Positions 1 to 10,900 of a stretch of DNA of 64,000 nucleotides are shown here, one piece after another. Each line of letters begins with the position of its first letter. Positions within the stretch are counted from its first letter, which is position 1. Source of the stretch: Lytechinus pictus (Eukaryota). The translations under genes were made by a program, and so were the position numbers. The stretch lies in assembly GCF_037042905.1 (NCBI RefSeq), contig NC_087251.1, forward strand, positions 19,284,001-19,348,000, in the 5' to 3' direction. The notes under the pieces are model-generated. The model ran no database searches, had not been told where the DNA came from, and was given only the letters and a program-made list of their open reading frames with translations.

Positions 1-269
1 AATCATTGGTATGGACAGCTGCAATCAAGTTCGTGTAACAACAGTCATGACAGTGCATTTAACATGTCCAATTTATCAATTTACAAACAAGAATGTCTAA
101 ATTTGAATTCACTTTAATTCATAATTTACATAGATTGACGGAGCAAGTTTTTTTTTTTTTTTTTTTTTTTGGGGGGGGGGGAGGGTCTACTGATAACCTG
201 AAATGAAAGACGGTGGATTTTTATTTTTTTTGCTTGAAGGCCCTATAATGAAGCCCTAGTTCCCTCTGT

Positions 270-903
270 CGCGATTCGCACCACGAGTAAAACTGTGGTC
301 TCAATCGTGGAGTAATCGTAGTGATCGTACCAGGTCGTATCAGATCATGATATCAGTCGTGGCAATCGTATTGATCGTAGAAAATTTTTGAATGGTCCTC
401 AAATTTTTGCGATCAGTTACGGAAGGCCAATCCTGGCGTTCGTAAAGGATCGCACGACAGCGGGAACGAGGTATAAACGCTACCGCACACCTTACAACTG
501 GTCCTCCATCTGACTGATTTTTGGAATAAATCGCATTTTGCTCATTTTCTGAAAATGTAAATGAAAGTATCTTTTTATTTGAGGCTCAAATTAACTGAAA
601 GAATACTAATATAACATTTTTGGATGATTGCAAGCCTTTATTTTGGAGTGAAGGCCAATTAAGTTTCATCGTAGCCAATCGTACGATTGCTTTGCTGTCA
701 TTACGACTAGATATTAAATTCGCTTTTATTCTAATAAGGATGATAGCATAGTCACATTATTTGAACATAGGAATTCGTATGATTATTTAGTACATTACAC
801 AGTAAGATATTCCATGTCTCAGTATTTCCATTTTGCAAATTCTATACTACGTTTTATTTCAAACTTGGATCGCAGACCAATCGTAAGATGTGCGGTGACC
901 TTA
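270..903. repeat. Degenerate non-autonomous DNA-transposon-like repeats (ATCGTA-rich family; MITE with terminal inverted repeats at ~476..903)
   Basis: 270..380 matches the reverse complement of ~21345..21450 (shared gtatcagatc..cagtcgtggcaatcgta). taccgcacaccttacaactggtc at ~481 is an inverted copy of gaccaatcgtaagatgtgcggtga at ~875..898. Confidence 0.5.
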
Positions 904-1483
904 AAAATTAGCTTTGAATACTGTGGTGGTGAAAGTAGTTCATAAAGTATGCTTTTGGCGTGATATTCCTTTCATATCTTGAATCCATTTTCAATCAAGA
1001 TTTTCTTAGTTATCAATTTTCACATCACATAAAAACAGAAAAACACACTGATATCCCTATCTCGAACACAAACAAAGAACAATTTATTAAACTATCTTTG
1101 AATTATAACTTTCAAATGTTTGAAGAAAAAAAATACCCAGAGTAAACTTACATGGCGAATCGAGGGTATATAGCAACATTTACCAAACATTGAACTCTTG
1201 ATTATTCGATTTTGTCTAGATTTTTTGTTAAACGTTTGTAATACAGAGAATAACAACAACATCGGTGTACAGGTTGTTTAAAGAGCAAAAACCCGTATTC
1301 CTTTTAAATTTGATTCTCTTCCAATGAGAACGTAGCACATGGATTTTTTTTATGAAGCAAATGTGACTATTTCATAGGGTACGGGGGGGGGGGCTCACTC
1401 GTCGTATTTGTGGCATGTGTTCCCTTTCACCACTTTCCCTCGAAACATTCGATCTATATGAACCTTTTAAAACACATTAATGA

Positions 1484-2332
1484 TTAACTAGAATGTGATA
1501 CTGACGATAAATTGCACTCAGTTAATGCAGTGTTTTCTTGTTGTTTGTCTGTGTTGTTTTCTACCGAGTCTTGAGTAGTGATACATTGGTCGTCCTTTCC
1601 ACAATCCATTGGACATTTCAGACTTTCCTTGTCATCATTGAAAACCTCATTCTTGTTCCTATCTTGAGTATTTTTTGGGATCTCTACATGTTCAATGCTT
1701 TGGATACTTTTGGATGTCTCTTTTGTAAGCGATACATACTGCGCAACAGCGGCTCTCCAGAGAACTGATGCACCACGCGAGATGAATTCCTTGGTCCAGT
1801 CAAGGAACCTTTCCCATAACACAATGCCTCGGAAGATGAAGCCATACTTATCAAGAAACACCTTGTCCTGAATATGTCTTCTCATCTCAGTGGAAAGCAT
1901 ATCGATCGTGGCGTTATCCTTAGCTAGTTCCACAGGCATGTCACCATCGTGATTGAACTGAAACATGTCTGCACCGAAGATGATGAGCAAACTAGCAGCC
2001 TGCCTGAATCCTGCGGCAGCCGCAGAATGAAGAGCTGTGTTGCCATTGATGTCTTGGAGGGTGACATCGGCATCGGAGCAGAGCATGATCTTGACAGTGT
2101 CCAGGTTTCTGTTGGCAGTAGCCTGTTGGAGAAGGCTCATCCCCGAATGGTTGGTGGCATTGACATCTAATCGAGCCCCATGCTGATCTAGGAGTCTCAC
2201 CAATTCTGCATTGTCCTGTTGCTGAACAGCACATTGGAAGCTCACCTGGGCGGGAAACGTGATACGTCGTCTGCTGCGGTACGACGTAGGACCGTCTAAG
2301 ACACCGTCGTCCGATTCGGAACCACTTTTCAT
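1484..2332 (-). CDS. RVxF-motif + ankyrin-repeat protein, PPP1R27-like PP1 regulatory subunit (282 aa from the first in-frame ATG; 5' end uncertain)
   Basis: RRRITFP (RVxF-type) directly before ankyrin repeats (SGMSLLQQATANRNLDTVKIMLCSDADV; NGNTALHSAAAAGFRQAASLLIIFGAD; DGDMPVELA), the layout of PPP1R27/MYPT-family N-termini. Frame stays open upstream to 2569 without an ATG. Confidence 0.8.
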   Translation of the reverse strand: MKSGSESDDGVLDGPTSYRSRRRITFPAQVSFQCAVQQQDNAELVRLLDQHGARLDVNATNHSGMSLLQQATANRNLDTVKIMLCSDADVTLQDINGNTALHSAAAAGFRQAASLLIIFGADMFQFNHDGDMPVELAKDNATIDMLSTEMRRHIQDKVFLDKYGFIFRGIVLWERFLDWTKEFISRGASVLWRAAVAQYVSLTKETSKSIQSIEHVEIPKNTQDRNKNEVFNDDKESLKCPMDCGKDDQCITTQDSVENNTDKQQENTALTECNLSSVSHSS

Positions 2333-4471
2333 TGCTGAGGCCACCACCTCTGCAATATCGTCGTCGGTGACGTCTGAAGCACTTGCCGCTCGCGGAGGGT
2401 ATGTCCGACATCTTTGACGTCGGTGTGGCAGTGGTATCGTGAGCTGATTAGAAGCCACGATGGTAGTTAAACAGGCGATGCGGTATTCCAATATCCCAGG
2501 GATTCCTACATGTGATCTCCTGTACTCTAAAGTTTGAGCTTTGGAGTATATAGTGTTCTGAAATCGCACTTAAATTGCAGTCAAATCCTCTTTTACATCT
2601 CGCATCAGTGTTTTCCTCACTAAGATCCAAGGACACAATTCGTCTCAACCAAAGCTTCAATTTAATTGTCACAAATGAATCATACAAACGAGTGTAGTTA
2701 TAAAGTTTCTATTCCATGATCGGCCTTGTTTTATGTGTAAACACTGTAATTTCCAGGCAAATATTCCGCAGTCCTTCAAAGAAACTGCGAGAACCAAAAC
2801 TAGTGAAAATCGTTCAAACGATACCCCTATTACAAATTCAAATTGGAACATCCGCTCAGTAGAAAGCGTCCTGAGTAGTCTGAGAACGCTTGCACTCTTC
2901 GGAAAAGAGCACGGGTGTTTTGGCTCTTCACCAGGGACGTCGAGGTAAATTTATTCCGTCTGCTCTTTGTCGAGAGGCTCGTTCAAATAACTCACCCGGT
3001 CGGGATATATCGGACAGCGCACTTCCGTAGATCGTGTGTGGTGCGAGCTTTGGGGATGTCAGAGCACAGACAGTCAAGTTCAGTAGAGAGAGAGAAAAAA
3101 AATCGTTTGCTCCCCTTATTCTCCCATTACTTCAATAACTGCATTGTACAGACCGCTTTCTCTGAACCAGCCCACACGTTAGAGGAAAACAGGTTTATCA
3201 AACAATTCGTATCGATTGCCACGGTGACGTCCATATTTCTTATCATTGTTATTAGAATACCTAAAATATGTATTTTCCCCTGGAATTACGTTGCTTTTCC
3301 GTTCATGGTTCCATGAATTAATCCCATATTAATAATTCAAAAAGGAGCTTTTACATCAATAAGCTTCAATGTCGTTATTATCCAAACTCGCTACTTTTCA
3401 CGTTTTTTTGTGTGTTATTTCCGCTTCTCTTTCGTGAAATCGTATTACGACGCTTTTATGACAAATCCGGGTCACGGTCATATTTCTCTGAGATCAATAG
3501 CCTACCTCATGTACACCGACAACCGCATTGTATGAACTCACGGTGGTATTACCACTGGAATTATGCTTTCATGGAAAATATTTATGAAATATGAGTTTGG
3601 ATCTGTGTTGAAGAGAATGATGTTTTGAGTTTCGGGTTAAGGACAGGGAAGGGGCGGTGTGACCAAAGTTTACAGTGTCTGTTGCTAACTTGAATGATGA
3701 TCCCGATGATAAAATAATTTGACTTTTTTCTCTCTGTACATGGAGTCACACAAGGGACAAGTCCCCCCCCCCCACAAAAGGATAAAAACTAGGGTATTGT
3801 ATATTAAGAACGGAAAAGGGTGGATTTTCATGAACAAAATTCCCAACTCATCCGACCTTAACTGACGTCATATCAACTTATATTAATGTATTTTGTAATT
3901 CAGGTATTGATTGAAAAATATAAGTAGGCCCAATTGCAATATGATTTAAAAGTAATAATTGATTTTAGTATATATATTTTTTTATTTGACTTAAGTCTCT
4001 GTCTGATTAAAGCAATTTAGAATTAGACCTACTTGAAATTCCTATAACTCTGTGCATTCTAGATAAAATGGCGTGTAAAGTCAAATACACACATTTTCAG
4101 GTTGAAAAACCTTATTCGAATGCGTAACGGAAATGCTGCATTCTAAGTAAAATCTACATAAGAATATCAAGGCGAAATACGGAGGAGCAGATTCATTGCA
4201 TGCGAATGTCCATAAATAATTTTCAAAAGCTTTGTTAGAATACCAGCATATGGATATTTTATGGAGCTCTATCGAAGAAAGGAAACATCGCTTTTATTCA
4301 AATAAAAAGAGGACGTTCAATCATACTGTCGGAAAATCATTTCAGTCTACATATCCAGTTGTTTACAATAAAAACAATCCAACGAATGAATGAATAAACA
4401 AGCGTACACATAAGTGAATAAAATGAACGAGGGATGAATAAATGAATGAATGTTATACTTAAATCATGTAA

Positions 4472-4729
4472 ATTTGTTTCTGTTTCTGGTAACTCCCGTA
4501 GGAACTCGGCAGGACAGCGTTTTGCTGGTAAACGCCAAGCTGGTATATAACCAATTACATAGGAAACATTTTACGTCTAGGTTAATCAGTCATAATGGCC
4601 GACCTTATATAGACGACAGATATTACTCTAGGGCCTTTTTATCAAAGTGGAGACAATGGCAGAGTGGGGATTCGAACTCACAACCTTGCGATTATGAGTC
4701 CAATGCTCTAACCACTGGACCACACGACC
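4472..4729 (-). mobile_element. tRNA-derived SINE
   Basis: Head GGTCGTGTGGTCCAGTGGTTAGAGC..GAGTTCGAATCCC (A and B boxes) at 4657..4729; acceptor stem does not pair; followed by a non-tRNA body and a CAGAAA-repeat tail. Confidence 0.75.
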
Positions 4730-7604
4730 CGTGGTCCAATGGATACAAATCACGTCAAATCGTTTGTCAAAATGAATATTTCTTGTAAATTTATTGACTT
4801 TGTTCGATGAGTCGAACATGTATGGGCCTAAGTGGTATCAAACGTTATCATCTGAAAGTATCAGTTTTACACTGGGAATTGTCTCCTATCATCTGGGATA
4901 TTTTCAGGTGCAAGCAAGAGGGGGGGGGGGGACACAGACATAAGCACAATGATGGCGCTATTGAAATTACGCAGCAAACCCCATCGACCCTCACTCTGTT
5001 TTTCTACTTTAAACAAGCTCATGAGAAAAAAAAGTTCATGTGACTCACTTATGTCAAACCCATGCGGCTGATGGATATATTACCCACTTTTCAGACGGGG
5101 GGGGGGGGGGGGGGTGGGGAGCTGTACAAATGTCTCCCCATTTTTCAAGGAAGATATTGCAAATTTTAGCACATTTTGTGCCCGAGTGATTCCTGTGTAA
5201 AGACTTGCTGCATAGGTTGATATTCACTGCATCACGAGCATGGGTGTCGATCCGGGGGGGGGGGGGTATATCCCCCTAAATTTTAGTTGGGGATGCCCTG
5301 TACAATCACCCCCAAACAAATTTCGAGGGCATGAAAAAATACCAATATATCTACAGAAAAAATCGATGAATTTATTAAAATACATAAAATCAATAAAAAT
5401 TGACACCACAGACATACAACAAAAAAGAAAAAGAAAAGTAAAATTTTTCCCCAAAATCAGTTAATCCTAAGGTTTTTTTTCTGAAGTTGACATGTCTGTT
5501 TTGAAAACAGTTAACACACTCATCTGTATGTGACAAGTGAACTTGCCGATATAGGTTTCATGAGCCATGAATAATTGCATATGTTCAGGCCCTCTCATTT
5601 CGATGGTGCTTAAAAACAAAATTATTTTAACCACAAATGCATTTTTATATGTTCTTATTAATTTAGCAGAAGTTACACAGGTTAGCTTCATCGTTTTTTG
5701 ATAACATAATTTTCCCCTTTGCTTACTATCCTATAGTAGTGAGATCAATCAAGACTGTATGGCAGGGTTTGCGATGAAATCAATGGCCAATGCAATTTAC
5801 ATCACTTTTCAACTCAAAAATTATACACTCTAAATTACAAAGATTTGTAAAAAATAAATCCATTACAGCTATGAATAGTGGCCAGTCGATGTAAGGATTT
5901 AAAATTGATCCTTAAAGGTTTAAATGTTAATGAATTTTGATTTAAACATCAATCTTTAAGATTTACATTATTATGCAAAGTCGTACATTACGCAGCTTCA
6001 AATTATTTTGAGGCGATCCATCAAAATGTGAGCTTACGCTATAACATCTTCCAAGATGATGATGTATAGGCCCTAAATTTCACAAATAGATTTGACTTCT
6101 ATAAACTATTTGAAAAGTTTTTAACTTAGATGGTACTACTAATTGTTTTTGCCATGTTAACAATTATGTCAGAATCTGACACGAGATTTAAAAAGAAAAT
6201 AATGTAGTTAATCTCATAGAGATGATATTTTGACCTTACACAGAACTGTACTTTCAGGTTTTTACCTCATTATGATCAATTAATCTGTTCACAATGGTTG
6301 TTTAAACCGTTGCTTATGCTATTCCGTATTCAAGGGGGCCTACTTTCATTTTTCTGTCAATGTTTTGAGTTGTTCTTTTTCTTGAAATAAAATACTTGTA
6401 ACCTTGAAACTTGTTGTGTGTTCAATATTTGCTAATTTAATAGAGAAAGTGGACAACAATATAATGGCCCAGAAAGTGATTTTAGTATGCTCTAGAGTGC
6501 GATTTTCACATGTCAATTTCTTAAAGAGTCCTTAAAACCATCACTCATCTTTGGGTACTTTCTCAAACGATTTTCGACAAACAAATGCAAAAAAATACTT
6601 CGATGTAAAGGTGCAGTCATACTCTAATCATTATTACACTACCAAAGAAATAAGCACAAAAAGCGTCAATTGTTTAGAATTAATAATTTTATTCACAGCA
6701 AGTTTTTCAAAATATTTTATTACAAATTACATTTTCGCAATTCATTAAAATATATCTCTAATCTGTCAAACAAAAAGTAAATTTCCCACGAATCTAAAGA
6801 TTTGAAAAATTCGTCAAAATATGTTTCTATAGTTGGGACATAAAACAATTTTACATTATGATGTAGATAAGATGGTACATGTATGATACTCAAATGTGAA
6901 GGATGATTTTTTTTCTTAGTAATATATTATAAATTTTACACATTAATGGTATAATACTTTGAAAGTCAAATCACTTTAAAACTATATACATACGAGATCA
7001 AAGCTGCCTATATACTAAGCTGTTTTTGATAATACTTATAATACATCAAAGTGTATAAAGTGCATAAATCATACAGGGTAGTGTATTATAATATTTATAG
7101 AGCTTTATCAGAATGGGAGTATAATACTTTTTATGATAAATCGTATCTATTAATGTCTGGAAAAGGATTTAAAATATTTGAAAATTTACAACTGGTGATA
7201 AACATTGTTTAAGGCAGATTACCATTAAAGGGAGAAGATCCCTCCTAATTTCAAGATAAGTTTTACTTTGGTATCGTCACTTGTGAACTCCTATCACAGG
7301 CCATGTGCTATGAATTTCCTTTAAATATGCCATTTTAGAAACGTTCATAATTCATATACTTATTTTGTCTATTTTCGCCTTAACGTACTTGATACGTTTT
7401 CTCTCGTTATTAGAATTACATTAAAACCAACTCGATATCAGGATTTCCACTTTAAAATGCTAATAATTGATATCCAAATTGACATTGGTGGTACTGGAGA
7501 GTTATAAGCTATAATGATTATTTTCATATCAAATATATTTAATTTAATTTTCTTCTTTCTTTTTATTATTTTGGGGGGGGCTCTTAGGGAGCTTCATCAT
7601 TGCT

Positions 7605-7991
7605 TCAGTGATGGAAGGATGTATGGCTACCAGACGCAGATGGCGCTCTAGGTGAAGTAGTGGCCCTTGGTGTCACTTCATCGACACCGGGCATACCACC
7701 ACCACCTGGTCGTCCAACCACGTTATTCATGTAATCCAAGTAGGAGTTATCACTACCCTGTGCCATCTTGCCCTTTGGAAGAGGATTGTTGGTGGTGTCA
7801 ATTTTACCATTGACAACCCTACCATCATTGCCCACCAGTGCGACAGGAGGTGGGTCTAAGGGTCCCATCACGCCTGTTGGGGGCATGATGTCGTTGTAGG
7901 GGTTCCGTTGGGCGTAAGTTGGTGGAGGCATGCCGTACGATGGAAGCGGCTGGGCACCGTAGGCAGGGGGCATGGGGTCGGCCATTGAGTT
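7605..7991 (-). CDS. REJ/GPS gene exon 28 (last): cytoplasmic tail with PPAY, LPSY, PPTY motifs
   Basis: cag acceptor 7994-7992, phase 0; [12 protein letters not shown]...SFHH then TGA. Confidence 0.85.
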   Translation of the reverse strand, partial: NSMADPMPPAYGAQPLPSYGMPPPTYAQRNPYNDIMPPTGVMGPLDPPPVALVGNDGRVVNGKIDTTNNPLPKGKMAQGSDNSYLDYMNNVVGRPGGGGMPGVDEVTPRATTSPRAPSASGSHTSFHH

Positions 7992-10900
7992 CTGTGAGAG
8001 ATAACGATATGAATTCATATGAGCTGACAATAAATACACAGGGTATTTTACTGCTACATTCATAAATTGCTATCATAACAACCTTTTGCAGCCCATGTAT
8101 TCAATAATCAATATCGTAATGAACTCCTCCTCCTCGTAATGAACTTTCTCCTTCTTTTCAATTTTTTCTTGGTCCATTTTAGGAGGGGTGGGGGAACATT
8201 ACCCTTCAAGTGTCCCATCTTATACGCGAGTGGGTCAAACAGCTATCATAACAACCATATAAAATGCTGGCTAAATTTTTAAGAGGAATTTATCCCTGAC
8301 GGCAGGTTACTTTTAATATGAACAAAAACCATGTTAATGAAAGTTAGACGAAAATCTATCAAAAATAATAGACCTCCAAATTTTCAAAGTTTTATCTTTG
8401 TGTCATCACATTCTATCAGGCATACATCATGAATATCAATTTTATAAACTGCCATATTTTTGTTCAAAGAAAGTTTTTAACTGTAATATTTTAATGGTTC
8501 TTGATAACTAGAACATATTTTCCACAGAAGCAAATACATGACCTGTGGCGCGTAACACAAAACTTAGCAATCTTCGTAGAATACATATTTTTTTATTTTT
8601 GATTGCAATGACTACAATATACAATTATGCATCAAAATCTAGCATACGATCAATTGATAAAAGTGTTACGGGACCCTGAATGTATTATAAAAAACCAAAA
8701 ACAATTTGAACTTTTTGAGAACAATATTAACTTTTTTACAAAGTTCTGGAATTTATACTTCTTGATTCACACGTGATCATAAAAAAATTACAAGTTCACA
8801 ACTCCATTATTCCTTGATAATTCTTCTTCAAAACTTCATTATTATATATTTTTTCAATAAATTTCATCCTTCATAAACAAAAACAATTTTACATCAGGAT
8901 AAACTTCCCCTATAAAACTAATGACAAGTACGCTGATAATGAAAGGCATGACACTTACTTGCGGTGGTGGTGGAGGTGGTACTGACTGGCCGTTTTCAAT
9001 ACTGGTAGAAGGTACAGCAGACCTTTTATTAATCTTCATTACCATACAGATCAAGAGAATCACAATGAAGATTAGGATAATAAACCCAGCAGCACATCCG
9101 ATGGCGATATAGAGGACCAAACCTGTAGGAAAAGTAAAAGAATAATGATATGGTGATTATGGATTATTATGAGTAGTTACTTGATATCTGCTTGTAATAC
9201 TGGAAGACCAGTTCGTATAGTTATCACAGTTCCGACGTACCCTATAGATGAATCTGACTTACTGGGGATCTTTCAGAGAAGACATAAAGGCACTTCAATA
9301 GTTTATGCATATACGTCACGTGCTAGCTATGTCAGCGCATACATGATCTTTTCCTAGGCATACTTAACGCCCCAGTTAAAAATACATAAAAAATAATAAC
9401 TCCTAACTAAATTGTTCTATAAATAGATTGTGTTTCCTTGTGAACAAAATGAATGCTTCAACATTTCATGATTAATAATGCTCCATGAGCGAATAAATGG
9501 TCGATTCGGGAACACATTCCAATATACAGATGCACCTTTCAGCTTCCTGGAGGCGACGTCTGCATTAACCTGCTATGTAAGGTATATTCACTAGGCAATG
9601 GTTTTGGAATCCAATTTATATACGAATCGATTGTTGCTATGTCGAGCAAACGTCTTACAGCATTTCATACCATATATTACAGGTCTGTTAGATGACAAAG
9701 GTAAATTCGTCAAAGCAACAACAAAATGTAATATACAGTTGTTTTGAAGAATAGATTGATGGACTGAGGTTGCTCTGGATTTTGTTCAGTGAAGTAACAA
9801 CATGCCGAGATCAAAATGATAATCAAAACAGTCACAAACTGTTTTATCTCTCAAGAAAGGAGGCAAATAATCGATTCACCTTTGATACATGTCTGCAATC
9901 AGCTCAAAGTTTGTTTCATTACGTTCAAAATGGTAAGAATGATTTCCACTAAAATGTGTTACAAATATTCAAATAAGCAAGTTCCTATATACAGGGGTGG
10001 ATCCAGGATTTCATAATATAAACGTATATAAAATGTATCTAGTTGGTTTGGCGAAATATTTCTGACTAAAATGTTTTCACTTCTGAAAATTCTCTCTAAA
10101 ATTACGAAAAGCAAAACAAATACAATAAATAAATGTATATGTTTTCACTATAACATCCAAAGAAGAGCACAGGGGGGTATATATACTCATCACCTCATCA
10201 GATAAGGGAGTCTGCCCCACCCTGGATCCGGGCCTGCATAATTTTATGAAGATTCTAAATCTCTCCCCGTTCTTAAAACGTGTACACTTAGACGAAAGAT
10301 ACTTACTTGTTAGTCCTTCAAGTTCATCAGCTATGTTTAAAAAAAAAGAAAAAGAAGAAAAAGAAATTGACATAATTGTGATACAGCAGAGATTATGATT
10401 TAGTTTTGAAATAATCATTTTTGTTTACATTTGATCTTTTGAACAAGCAATGCAAGATACACTAGAATGATAAAATTAAATATGCAAAATAGGAAGAAGA
10501 AAAAAAACAAACAATCAATTGGCTTCATAATTTCAAAGTTTAAGCCCATTATGTACTGTTTTGAATTGTTTATTTTAAATGCATTCTTGTTATTTTTTTT
10601 TAATTATCAGTATCATAAATGTGTCATGTGTCTGTTCTATTTAATCAACTTATTTATGTATGTTGATATTTTTTTATTGCTGTTGCCGATTTCTGTTAGG
10701 AAGCACCTTGCTCGACAAGCGTTTCTTGAGATACCACTCATATTTTAACCTTTGTAAAATTTTCTGTTGCATCATCTGAGAATAGATAAATGAATTGAAT
10801 ACAATGGTATATGAATTTATGAATAAACAGATAACCCCCCACACACACACACCCACACACATGATCAGGTAAATAGGAAATAATCAGTGTTCAGCTAAAT

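Noticed and set aside
4657..4729. tRNA-Met gene (CTCATAA loop)
   Set aside because: Acceptor and anticodon stems do not pair and the sequence continues into a SINE-like body and tail.
6670..7604. 3'UTR and poly(A) site of the receptor gene
   Set aside because: Several minus-strand AATAAA candidates (e.g. 6688-6693) in AT-rich DNA; cannot choose without transcripts.
7605..9122. Continuation into an 11-TM polycystin or 7-TM adhesion GPCR
   Set aside because: Only one hydrophobic exon found; the next exon is Pro-rich and ends in a stop; no PLAT or further TM exons seen.
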